A stretch of 10,484 bases of DNA from contig JAVCBY010000037.1 in the NCBI GenBank assembly GCA_037917625.1, positions 1 through 10,484 of the forward strand. Direction: 5' to 3'. Every line of letters begins with the position of its first letter. The stretch's first letter is position 1. Positions 1 through 8,048 of this stretch are shown piece after piece. Under the pieces are notes generated by a model. It worked only from the letters and a program-made list of their open reading frames with translations, made no database searches and was not told the origin of the DNA. Source of the stretch: Thermoproteota archaeon. GTDB lineage: Archaea; Korarchaeota; Korarchaeia; Korarchaeales; Korarchaeaceae. The position numbers and the translations under genes are program-made.

Positions 1-2
1 GG

Positions 3-389
3 ATAGCGAAGAGACCAAGCGTCGTGCTAACGACATCAGGCATGCTAGAAGGAGGACCCGTCCATTACTACGTTAGGGAGAGGAAGGAAGATGAGAGCAG
101 TTCTCTCATACTCACTGGCTATCAGGTCGATGGATCCGAGGGAAGGAGACTCTTAGAGGAGGGGAGAATGGAGATAGATGGAGAGGACAACTGGGTCACG
201 ATGAAGGTAAACCAGCTGAACTTCTCAGCTCACGTGAGTAGGTCCGGCATATTGAGGACGATAAGGGAGCTCGACCCGAGGGAGGTAGTAGCGGTCCATG
301 GGGATAGGGCTCATGAGTTTGCTGATGAACTGGAGAAGGTTGGGATATCAGCGTATTCTCCTGAAATAGGTGAGACTATCGCTTTCTAA
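3..389 (+). CDS. Beta-CASP family MBL-fold ribonuclease (aCPSF/YSH1-like), C-terminal part; 5' end lies outside the window
   Basis: Frame is open from position 3 (IAKRPSVVLTTSGMLEGG...), so the ORF-track start at 24 is internal. Beta-CASP motifs TSGMLEGG, LTGYQVDGSEGRRLL, FSAH (motif B) and VHGD (motif C). TAA stop at 387-389 overlaps the convergent radical SAM stop. Confidence 0.9.
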   Translation: MAKRPSVVLTTSGMLEGGPVHYYVRERKEDESSSLILTGYQVDGSEGRRLLEEGRMEIDGEDNWVTMKVNQLNFSAHVSRSGILRTIRELDPREVVAVHGDRAHEFADELEKVGISAYSPEIGETIAF

Positions 390-1456
390 CCCCTACTCCT
401 CAATATGAATTCAAGTGGATAAACTTGGAGGACCTTCCTCTCCTCCGTCGGCATTACCTCGATAAGCCTTCCACTTAATCCGAGCTTCTTTATCTCTTTA
501 GAGGCTTTTTCAAATGAATCAGCTCTCATCAAAAGCTTTCCATCCTTGTAATGGCCTCCGTACTTCCTGAAAATTATCATGAGCCTCTCCTCAGGACCGC
601 TCACCTCCCCGTATATGAGAGTGCCCTCATCAGTGGGCATCTCGTAATCCCTAGCGACATTAGACGCCCTCCTGATCCATCTCATCCTCACTTGATATTC
701 CTTCTGAGAGGCAGGGCAGAAGTAACCCATTATCCCAGTTTCCCTCTCTAAATATTCGAGCACGCTCCTAGCAGCTTCAGCGCTCCCCTCAACCCCAACT
801 TCATCATCGATCCTCGGTCTCATACCCATTCTCAAGAGATTCTCCCTATTTGAAGGTGTGAATTCGAGCTCATTTAAGTTCAAGAAATCAGCACCTATCC
901 TATCGAGGAAGCTAGAAAGTGAGATCAGCTTCTTCATCCATCCCTCCCCGGGGATCGATGGCATCTCAGCTCCCACTGAGAACCCGAAGGAGGCAGCTAA
1001 TCTCATCTTCTCCCACTTCCTCTCATCCCAAGTGTGGAACCTTATCTCATCCACCCCAGCATCGTGAAAGAGGGATAATGTCCTCTCATCTATACCGATG
1101 GAATTAGTGTAAAGATGGACATGGAACTCCCTCCCGAACCTCTCCTTAAGCAGCTTAACGTACTCATAAACTCTATCGGGCACTATTGAAGGCTCACCTC
1201 CAGTTATCCCAATGCCTAGAGAGGAGCTGTACTCTATCTCCTCAATGAGAGATGATTCCTCCTCAATAATCCTCTCATTCAAGATTATGAGGTCTCTCTT
1301 TCCCCTCCTCCAATCAGCTATAGTGCAGTAGAAGCAGCTCTCATATAGGGGGCATTCCCCAGTTATGAAGAGGACGCTCTTAGCCCCCTTCCAGCATAGA
1401 TCGCATCCCTTACTCCATCCCCTCACTCTGAGAGCGCCTAAAGGTAGCTCATCCAT
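386..1456 (-). CDS. Radical SAM protein, uncharacterised archaeal family (COG2108-like), 356 aa
   Basis: N-terminal KGCDLCWKGAKSVLFITG, cluster motif CPLYESCFYC (C35/C41/C44), ITGGEP glycine motif, HVHLYTN, DEIRFH and FLNLNELE, all typical of this family. Confidence 0.88.
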   Translation of the reverse strand: MDELPLGALRVRGWSKGCDLCWKGAKSVLFITGECPLYESCFYCTIADWRRGKRDLIILNERIIEEESSLIEEIEYSSSLGIGITGGEPSIVPDRVYEYVKLLKERFGREFHVHLYTNSIGIDERTLSLFHDAGVDEIRFHTWDERKWEKMRLAASFGFSVGAEMPSIPGEGWMKKLISLSSFLDRIGADFLNLNELEFTPSNRENLLRMGMRPRIDDEVGVEGSAEAARSVLEYLERETGIMGYFCPASQKEYQVRMRWIRRASNVARDYEMPTDEGTLIYGEVSGPEERLMIIFRKYGGHYKDGKLLMRADSFEKASKEIKKLGLSGRLIEVMPTEERKVLQVYPLEFILRSRG

Positions 1457-1457
1457 C

Positions 1458-2702
1458 TCAGATCCTCCAGCTCCTCAAGTACTCCTCCTGCTCCTTCGTC
1501 AAGCTATCTATCTCGATCCCCATAGATCTAAGCTTTATCCTAGCTACTTCACTATCTATCCATCTAGGCACTGGGATCACTTTAGCTGGGAGCTTCTCCC
1601 TCTCTCTCACCAAATATTCGAGGCTTAAGGCTTGATTAGCGAAGCTCATATCCATGACCTCACTAGGATGGCCCTCCGCTGCGACTAGATTCACCAACCT
1701 TCCCTCAGCGAGTAAGTAAACCCTCTTCCCATTAGGGAGTAGGTACTCCCTCAAGTTCTCCCTGAGATCCCTCTTAGCCAATGACATGAGCTCCAGATCT
1801 TTAACTGATACCTCGACATCGAAGTGCCCAGCGTTAGCTAGGATAGCGCCATCCTTCATCAAGCTGATATGCTCCGCTTTTATCACCCCACTATTCCCAG
1901 TAGCTGTAACGAATATATCACCGAGCTTAGCTGCCTCTAGCATGGGCATCACGATGAAGCCATCCATTGCGGCCATCAGAGCTCTTATAGGATCCACTTC
2001 AGTCACTATCACTTTAGCGCCCATCCCTCTAGCTCTATTAGCTATCCCCCTCCCTACGTATCCGTAACCAGCTACTACGAACCATTTACCAGCTATCATT
2101 ATGTTAGTAGCTCTCAATATACCATCTATAGTGCTCTGCCCCGTCCCATAAACGTTATCGAAGTTCCTCTTTGTCTCAGCGTTATTCACAGCTATCACAG
2201 GGTATCTCAGCTTACCCTCCCTCTCGAGAGCCATCAACCTCAAGACCCCGGTAGTCGTCTCCTCAGTCCCTCCAGCTATCCTCTCAGCGTATCCTCTCTC
2301 ATGAGCCATTACCGTGAGATCTCCACCATCATCCATGGTGAAATCCGGATGAGCCTTGAGGCATTCCTCTATCGCCCAGAAATATTCTGACTCCGACATA
2401 CCCCTCCACGCATACACCTCTATCCCCTCCTCAGCTAGAGCTGCTGCTACATCGTCCTGAGTTGAGAGGGGATTCGATGGTGAGAGGAATATGCGAGCTC
2501 CTCCATCCCTCAGGGTGAGCATCAGCACAGCTGTCTCCTTAGTTACGTGCATACTGGCAGCGATCCTCAGGCCATCGAGGGGCCTCTCCTTGAGGAACCT
2601 CCTAGCTATCTCCGATAGGACTGGCATATGCGCCTTAGCCCACTCAATGGAATCCCTTCCCTTCCCAGCTAACCCTTCATCCTTCACCCTCAGCAAGTTC
2701 AA
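1458..2702 (-). CDS. ahcY: Adenosylhomocysteinase (SAH hydrolase; an S-inosylhomocysteine hydrolase specificity cannot be excluded), short archaeal form
   Basis: Motifs [48 protein letters not shown]-binding [14 protein letters not shown] and GRLVNL..AEGHP. TTG start overlaps the upstream stop (TTGA at 2702-2699); the TTG at 2696 is an alternative start. Confidence 0.96.
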   Translation of the reverse strand: MNLLRVKDEGLAGKGRDSIEWAKAHMPVLSEIARRFLKERPLDGLRIAASMHVTKETAVLMLTLRDGGARIFLSPSNPLSTQDDVAAALAEEGIEVYAWRGMSESEYFWAIEECLKAHPDFTMDDGGDLTVMAHERGYAERIAGGTEETTTGVLRLMALEREGKLRYPVIAVNNAETKRNFDNVYGTGQSTIDGILRATNIMIAGKWFVVAGYGYVGRGIANRARGMGAKVIVTEVDPIRALMAAMDGFIVMPMLEAAKLGDIFVTATGNSGVIKAEHISLMKDGAILANAGHFDVEVSVKDLELMSLAKRDLRENLREYLLPNGKRVYLLAEGRLVNLVAAEGHPSEVMDMSFANQALSLEYLVREREKLPAKVIPVPRWIDSEVARIKLRSMGIEIDSLTKEQEEYLRSWRI

Positions 2703-2923
2703 CCCTCCCTCTTAGTTATCTGAACGAGCCAGTGGTCCCCCCTCTCAGATACTTTAAGCATATGACCCGTCCTGCCCACCCACTCGTATAAATCGTCCAC
2801 GGTCCCCTTATCGCCCACGAGGAAATCTAAAGTCTCACCTGGAGTAGCCTTCTTCACGATCTTCGCTATCTCCACTATGGTCCTGGGACTCTTCATCCCC
2901 CTAAGATCAACTGTCCTCCTCAA
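2699..2923 (-). CDS. TusA/SirA-like small protein (74 aa) lacking the catalytic cysteine
   Basis: Size and pattern VDLRGMKSP...[18 protein letters not shown]...[11 protein letters not shown]...WLVQITK match the TusA fold (D.RGL.CP.P...GE.L....D...D...W....G). TTGA overlaps with both neighbours. Confidence 0.8.
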   Translation of the reverse strand: MRRTVDLRGMKSPRTIVEIAKIVKKATPGETLDFLVGDKGTVDDLYEWVGRTGHMLKVSERGDHWLVQITKREG

Positions 2924-3447
2924 TGGATCACCCTGCTCCCGAGGGCTCGATAGATCAGGGAATCATCTAGGCCCTCCCTCACTATCTTATACATCAGGAA
3001 AGCATCCTCCCCATCAGCATAGTAGAACGGGATTATGCCCAACTTCTTATATCCTAACTTCTCATATAACCTTATGGCTGGTTCATTTGAGACCCTAACT
3101 TCGAGATAGATCGCATCAGAATTGTAGGATAGGAGCCCCTCCTCAGCCTTCAGCATCAGGGCTTCCCCTATCCCCCTCCTCCTATGCTCCTTGCTCACAG
3201 CTATCGATAGTACGTGCCCCAAGACTAGGGTGTCCCTCTTAGTGTAATGCGATTCGACTCTGCACATGACGTAACCGACTATATTTCCTTTCTCATCCTC
3301 AGCGACGAAGAAGCTCCTCGGGAACCTCCTATAATTTTCCATGAAGAAGTAACTCGGGTAGTTTTCCGGCAAGAATACCCTGTTTATCCTCTCAACAGCC
3401 TCCAGGTCTTCAGGCTTGAAGGGCCTTATCCTGTAGTTGGGGATCAT
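2920..3447 (-). CDS. ard1: GNAT protein N-alpha-acetyltransferase, archaeal Ard1/RimI type
   Basis: LPENY, GYVMCRVE, GHVLSIAV, acetyl-CoA motif RRRGIG, LEVRVSNEPAIRLYEKLGY and YYADGEDA. Start placed at ATG 3447 (or GTG 3450) rather than TTG 3468, because 3468 lies inside a TATA-like element. Confidence 0.9.
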   Translation of the reverse strand: MIPNYRIRPFKPEDLEAVERINRVFLPENYPSYFFMENYRRFPRSFFVAEDEKGNIVGYVMCRVESHYTKRDTLVLGHVLSIAVSKEHRRRGIGEALMLKAEEGLLSYNSDAIYLEVRVSNEPAIRLYEKLGYKKLGIIPFYYADGEDAFLMYKIVREGLDDSLIYRALGSRVIH

Positions 3448-3466
3448 CACGCTACTATACACCGAC

Positions 3467-3484
3467 AATTAAATTAGTTTTGCG
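3467..3484 (-). promoter_or_regulatory. Putative BRE/TATA promoter for the ard1-tusA-like-ahcY-radical SAM unit (probably leaderless)
   Basis: Minus strand reads CGCAAAACTAATTTAATT: a purine-rich BRE-like stretch followed by TTTAATT beginning 26 nt upstream of ATG 3447. No obvious RBS before that ATG. Confidence 0.5.
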
Positions 3485-3566
3485 ATCTCTCGGGATTCGA
3501 GCGGATGAGAGGATGCAAGTTGTGTGGAGGCTTCGATCATATTAAAAATCGGGATCGCATCTAATG

Positions 3567-3574
3567 GGAGGTGA
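3567..3574 (+). promoter_or_regulatory. Shine-Dalgarno site for the coiled-coil gene
   Basis: GGAGGTGA ending 3 nt before ATG 3578; TATA-like TATTAAAA at 3540-3547. Confidence 0.75.
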
Positions 3575-3577
3575 GCG

Positions 3578-4378
3578 ATGGATAAGGATGATATAGAGGA
3601 GAAGTTAGCGGAAAAGGAGGAGCTGGAGGAAAGGATAAGAGAACTCACTAAGATCGCTGGTAAACTCAATAAGGAAGTAGAGGCGTTGAATAATAGATAT
3701 CAGACGCTTTTGAAATGGATAGAGGATCTACAGAGGAGGAAACTATCGTTAGAAAGTGAGATAACTGAGAGGAGATCTATGTTAGGGCAATTGAACTCCC
3801 AAATAAAGGAATTGGAGAAAGATATCGATGCTCTTAGGGAAGGTAAGGAGAGGATGAGGGCTGAGCTGAACGCTATCGAGGCGAAAAAATCAGCATTAGA
3901 ATTTGAGGCATCCTCATTGGATCTGAAGATCTCAAGCATGAGGAGTGAGATATCTAGGCTTGAGGAGTTATCCAAAAGCCTTAGCTCTGAGGTCAAGACG
4001 CTCGAAGCTAGGAAGGAGCTGCTATTGGCTGAGGTAGATGAACTAAGGAAGATGAGGAGTGAATTAGTTGAGGAGATAGAGATGATAGCGAAGCAAGTTA
4101 TGGATTCATCTGAATCTCTCCTTAAGAGGCTTTATCCTACGCTATCTGAGTTTAGGAAGTTCTCAGAGATGATAGAATCCAGTAAAGGAGTTCTTTCAGA
4201 TTTGTTAGGGAAGATCTCTGAGTTATCCTCGATACTGAATGATATAAATGCGAGAAGGGAACTAATTTCAATATTAGATAAAGAAATAGAAGCTAAAAGG
4301 AAAAAAATTGAACTATTAAGATCGGAAGAGGAAGTCCTGAGGTCGAGGAGGTCCGATGAGGACGAGGAGCATGATTAA
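3578..4378 (+). CDS. Hypothetical long coiled-coil protein, 266 aa
   Basis: Strong RBS; E/K/L/R/S-rich; hydrophobic residue at 22 of 23 heptad positions between residues 16 and 170. No Walker motif, signal peptide or TM segment. Acidic tail DEDEEHD. Confidence 0.85.
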   Translation: MDKDDIEEKLAEKEELEERIRELTKIAGKLNKEVEALNNRYQTLLKWIEDLQRRKLSLESEITERRSMLGQLNSQIKELEKDIDALREGKERMRAELNAIEAKKSALEFEASSLDLKISSMRSEISRLEELSKSLSSEVKTLEARKELLLAEVDELRKMRSELVEEIEMIAKQVMDSSESLLKRLYPTLSEFRKFSEMIESSKGVLSDLLGKISELSSILNDINARRELISILDKEIEAKRKKIELLRSEEEVLRSRRSDEDEEHD

Positions 4379-4410
4379 AAAGCCTCAAGGTGAAGGGCGA
4401 GGGGTGTGTC

Positions 4411-4668
4411 ATGAGCGCTGAGAAGGCCGAGAAGGTAATCAGGGATGTCGAAGTTAAGCCTCAGGTTATGGATCAGATGAGGAAGGAGGTAGTGAGATCT
4501 AGCTATATCACCCCTCAGTCCCTAGCTATGAAGTATAACATAAGGGTCAGCGTCGCTAGGAGGCTTCTGAGGGAGTTTGAGAGGGAAGGGCTCGTCATAT
4601 ACGTGGACGGTAACTCGAGGATAAGGATTTATAAGGGAGCTAAGGCCAAGGTAACAGGGGAGGGATAG
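4411..4668 (+). CDS. rps25e: 30S ribosomal protein S25e (eS25)
   Basis: Winged-helix signature KEV...YITPQSLAMKYNIRVSVARRLLREFEREGLV...RIY. ATG 4411 is preceded by GGGGTG and is preferred over GTG 4390. Confidence 0.9.
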   Translation: MSAEKAEKVIRDVEVKPQVMDQMRKEVVRSSYITPQSLAMKYNIRVSVARRLLREFEREGLVIYVDGNSRIRIYKGAKAKVTGEG

Positions 4669-4700
4669 AACTATTTGACCCTCCCCGAGGTGGAAGCATA

Positions 4701-5087
4701 TTGAAAGAGAGGGTTGAGGGAATAGAGAGCTACATAGTTACCCTGAGGTGGGAAGGGGCCGATGATACAGTTCAATTGGAGTTGATAAGGCACCTCTCAC
4801 CCATAACTATAGAGAGGTTCTACAGGAGCCTCCCAATTAGGAGTATGGTGGTGAGCAGCGGCGAGCTCATCTACATATCGGCCCCCGTAGAGACCAGGTC
4901 TGAGAAGACGAGGAACTCAATGAGGAAAGGTCATGTCGCATATTCAATCTCTAAGAAGATGCTATTGATCGCTCTATCGGACATAAGGTTGAGCGAATCA
5001 ATAAATCCGATGGGGAAAGTAATCTCGGGCATGGAATTAATGAGGGGATTGAGGACCGGCATGAATGTGGAGCTGGTGAGGTCTTGA
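4701..5087 (+). CDS. Cyclophilin-like fold protein (archaeal DUF369/DUF3830-like), function unknown
   Basis: 128 aa; pattern ELIRHLSPITIERFYRSLPI...GELIY...KGHVAY...INPMGKVISG.E....L..G is typical of these proteins. GAGGTGG RBS at 4687-4693 before the TTG start. Confidence 0.7.
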   Translation: MKERVEGIESYIVTLRWEGADDTVQLELIRHLSPITIERFYRSLPIRSMVVSSGELIYISAPVETRSEKTRNSMRKGHVAYSISKKMLLIALSDIRLSESINPMGKVISGMELMRGLRTGMNVELVRS

Positions 5088-5722
5088 TCTTCGTTTGGAA
5101 GGGGAGTTCCGCAGTATATCTGAGGGCCGAGGGAGTCAGCGTCCTAATAGATCCATCCTCCCTCTTCACGATTGATGAGATAAATGATCTAGGAGGGCTC
5201 GATATAGTTCTCTTCACTCATGAGCATTCAGATCACTTTGATATCGCTTCTCTCAATTCTATGATCGATGAGTTCAACCCGCGCGTAGTGGGGAACCCAG
5301 GAGCTTATAGGATAGCGAGGAGGTCCTCAGATATCATCAGGATAAAGGACGGTGAGATGTTAGAATTCGAGGGGGTCAGGATCCACGCTCTTAGATCGGT
5401 GCACCCTGGTCATCATCCCGTCGTGCTCTTACTGGAGATGGGGAGAGTATCGATATTCCATGGAGATTCCACAGGATTTTCGAAGAGTTTCTCAGCATTT
5501 TCCCCCGTAAACCTAGCTTTCATTCCAGTAGGCTCTCCCTCCCCCAATTCCAGTCCATCTGAAGCAGTGAGGATAGCGAGGGCTGTAGTGCCTGGAGTGG
5601 CTGTCCCGATTCATGGGGATGATAACGAGAGATCTGAATTCATAAGGAAGATCGAGCTCTCAAATCTTAATATTAAGACCTTGCTCCCTGAAATAGGTGA
5701 GATAGTCACTTTAGATCTCTGA
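5084..5722 (+). CDS. MBL-fold metallo-hydrolase (UPF0173/UlaG-like)
   Basis: VLIDP, THEHSDH (HxHxDH), SVH, FHGDS and VPIHG motifs. TTGA overlap with the upstream gene. Confidence 0.9.
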   Translation: MIFVWKGSSAVYLRAEGVSVLIDPSSLFTIDEINDLGGLDIVLFTHEHSDHFDIASLNSMIDEFNPRVVGNPGAYRIARRSSDIIRIKDGEMLEFEGVRIHALRSVHPGHHPVVLLLEMGRVSIFHGDSTGFSKSFSAFSPVNLAFIPVGSPSPNSSPSEAVRIARAVVPGVAVPIHGDDNERSEFIRKIELSNLNIKTLLPEIGEIVTLDL

Positions 5723-6668
5723 AGTGCTCCCAACCTCCCTCCGGGACCTCTATAAGGCTACTACCTACTCTCAAGAACACTCCTTCGCTCTCCACGACTC
5801 TACCTATTTCAATTGGCTCAACTCCCAGGGCTGAGAGCTCATCCCTGACTTTAGCTACGTCCTCCTCCCTCAAAGTGAAGACTATCTCATACTCCTCTCC
5901 CCCATGGAAAGCAGCGCCCATTGAATCCTCGCCTAAGAAGAGCTCAACTTCCTCATCTAGGGGGAGCTTCTCTATCAGGAATCCATTGCCACTAGCTCTA
6001 GAGAGTTCTCTGAGGGACCAATAAAGCCCATCACTACTATCGACGGTCGATGTAGCGTAACTAGATATAATTATCCCCTCCTCAACTCTGGCCTCTGGCT
6101 CATACACAGCTCTCAATGCCCTCCTCCTCAACCCCTCTGGGAGCTCTAATCCCTCTAGGAGGTGCTTGAAGCCGAGCCACGTCAACCCGAAGCTGCCCGT
6201 CGTCATCAAGATATCCCCCGGCCTCGATCCACCCCTCCCTACGAGCCTCCTCTCGACCCTACCGAAAGCGAATCCCGATATAATCAGTTCCTTCGACTCC
6301 CCCAGATCTCCTCCAACTAAGTAAGTCCCGTACTTCCTCATAGCTTCCTCAAGCCCCTCGAATATTGAGGTGAATTCCTCATCCCCCATCTCCTTTGGGA
6401 GACCCAGGGAACACATGAAGAGGAGGGGCCTAGCTCCCTTGGATGCGACGTCCGAGAAGTTAGCTACTACGCACTTCTTGGCTAGCTGCCTCAAGCTCAT
6501 CCCAGGGAGTAGATCAGTTGAGGAAGATACCATATCCATCTTAAAGATGTATATGCCTTCATTCAGTCTTCTAGCTGAAGCATCATCCCTCCCGAGCTTC
6601 AATAAACCATATGGATCCTCTGAAACTAGCTCAATTATCTCATCTATGAGCTCCCTCTCAGGCCTCAC
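5706..6668 (-). CDS. thiL: Thiamine-monophosphate kinase
   Basis: PurM-like family motifs G.DDA, KMDMV, NFSDVASKGARP, LVGGD, R.G.RPGD...TGSFG, DSSDGL and GGEEYEIVFT. 17-nt convergent overlap with the MBL gene. Confidence 0.9.
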   Translation of the reverse strand: MRPERELIDEIIELVSEDPYGLLKLGRDDASARRLNEGIYIFKMDMVSSSTDLLPGMSLRQLAKKCVVANFSDVASKGARPLLFMCSLGLPKEMGDEEFTSIFEGLEEAMRKYGTYLVGGDLGESKELIISGFAFGRVERRLVGRGGSRPGDILMTTGSFGLTWLGFKHLLEGLELPEGLRRRALRAVYEPEARVEEGIIISSYATSTVDSSDGLYWSLRELSRASGNGFLIEKLPLDEEVELFLGEDSMGAAFHGGEEYEIVFTLREEDVAKVRDELSALGVEPIEIGRVVESEGVFLRVGSSLIEVPEGGWEHFRDLK

Positions 6669-6725
6669 GGGGTTCCCGGAAGCTTAAAGTTAAATCGATT
6701 TCCCAACTCATGTTGAGGTGATGCT
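6669..6725. promoter_or_regulatory. Compact divergent promoter region between thiL and the arcE-like gene
   Basis: 57 bp with a single AT block TTAAAGTTAAAT (6684-6695) readable as TATA-like on both strands. GAGGTGA RBS at 6715-6721 before ATG 6726. Confidence 0.55.
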
Positions 6726-8048
6726 ATGGTCAGGAGAGTAGTCATAATGGGTGCAGCTGGCCGGGACTTCCACAACTTCAACGTTTTCTTCCGGGATAAC
6801 GAGGATTATAGAGTTGTCGCTTTCACTGCAGCCCAACTACCAAATATAGCCGGCAGGATTTACCCACCTGAGCTCGCAGGCCCTCTCTATCCAGATGGGA
6901 TCCCGATATACCCTGAGGAAGATCTACCTAAGATAATAAGGGAGATGGATGTGGATCTCGTCGTTTTCTCGTATAGCGATGTCTCCCATCAATACATAAT
7001 GGAGAGAGCTGCTCTAGCCCAAGCTAATGGGGCGGATTTCATGCTCTTAGGTCCGAAGAGTACGATGCTGAAGTCAAATAAGCCAGTGATAGCTGTGACT
7101 GCTGCTAGGACTGGAGCTGGGAAGAGTCCGACGAGCCGGAAGGTATCTAAGATATTGAAGGCCAGGGGGCTGAGGGTATCAGTTGTGAGGCATCCAATGC
7201 CTTATGGAGACCTGAGGAAACAGATAGTTCAGAGGTTCGCTTCATTGGAGGATTTAGACAGGCATAATGCTACAATAGAGGAGAGAGAGGATTATGAGCC
7301 CCATCTGAGGATCGGAAATGTCGTTTATGCTGGAGTGGATTATGAGAAGATACTGAGGGAAGCTGAGAAGGAGAGCGATATCATACTTTGGGACGGAGGA
7401 AACAATGACTTCCCGTTCTATAAACCGGATCTCATGATAACTGTAGTCGATCCTCTCAGAGCGGGTCACGAGCTCACTTATTGGCCGGGGAGCGTCAACG
7501 TCAGGATGGCTGATGTGATAGTAGTGAGCAAGGTAGATACGGCTTGCTACTCAGATATGGAGAAGGTGATCATGAACGTAGAGAGGGTGAACCCGAGGGC
7601 TAAGATCATAACTGCCGCTATCCCCTATACTGTGGATAGGCCCGAGCTCATCGAGGGGAAGAGAGTCATAGTGGTCGAGGATGGCCCGACGGTGACTCAT
7701 GGGGATATGGGCTTCGGAGCGGGTTACTTAATGGCCCGGAAGCTGAGGGCTGAGATAATAGATCCGAGGCCATATGCAGTTGGCTCGATAAAGGAGACGT
7801 ATGAGAAATACACTCATTTATCCCAAGTGCTCCCGGCGGTCGGTTACGGGGAGGCTCAGATGAAGGAGTTGGAGGAGACTATAAACAATTCCCCAGCTGA
7901 GGCAGTGGTATTAGGGACGCCCACGGATATAAGCCGGTACCTGAAGATAAACAAACCAGCTGTCCACGTTTACTACGAGCTCCAGGAGATAGGATCCCCG
8001 ACCCTAGAGGACATAATAGATGAGCTCTTGGAGAGGGCTGGCCTATGA
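6726..8048 (+). CDS. arcE: Arginine synthetase (ArcE)-like P-loop enzyme; family usually annotated 'predicted GTPase / cyclic 2,3-diphosphoglycerate synthase-like' (COG2403)
   Basis: N-terminal GAAGRDFHNFN, YSDVSH, Walker A ARTGAGKS, RHPMPYGDL, TIEEREDYE, WDGGNND and VEDGPTVTHG. Recognised from memory as the family of Thermococcus kodakarensis ArcE; it lacks the N-terminal DGEHY motif of bona fide cDPG synthetase. Confidence 0.78.
   Translation: MVRRVVIMGAAGRDFHNFNVFFRDNEDYRVVAFTAAQLPNIAGRIYPPELAGPLYPDGIPIYPEEDLPKIIREMDVDLVVFSYSDVSHQYIMERAALAQANGADFMLLGPKSTMLKSNKPVIAVTAARTGAGKSPTSRKVSKILKARGLRVSVVRHPMPYGDLRKQIVQRFASLEDLDRHNATIEEREDYEPHLRIGNVVYAGVDYEKILREAEKESDIILWDGGNNDFPFYKPDLMITVVDPLRAGHELTYWPGSVNVRMADVIVVSKVDTACYSDMEKVIMNVERVNPRAKIITAAIPYTVDRPELIEGKRVIVVEDGPTVTHGDMGFGAGYLMARKLRAEIIDPRPYAVGSIKETYEKYTHLSQVLPAVGYGEAQMKELEETINNSPAEAVVLGTPTDISRYLKINKPAVHVYYELQEIGSPTLEDIIDELLERAGL

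Noticed and set aside
551..3477. Plus-strand ORFs 551-751, 858-1067, 919-1107, 1365-1628, 1786-2067, 2491-2715, 2877-3098 and 3247-3477
   Set aside because: Antisense shadows of well-supported minus-strand genes; S/P/L/H-rich, with no motifs.
3578..4378. SMC/Rad50 chromosome segregation protein
   Set aside because: No Walker A/B, signature motif, hinge or zinc hook; any such hit would reflect generic coiled-coil similarity.
6726..8048. Bona fide cyclic 2,3-diphosphoglycerate synthetase
   Set aside because: It lacks the N-terminal DGEHY motif I associate with that enzyme and has the GAAGRDFHNFN start of the sister family. A phylogeny is needed to be certain.
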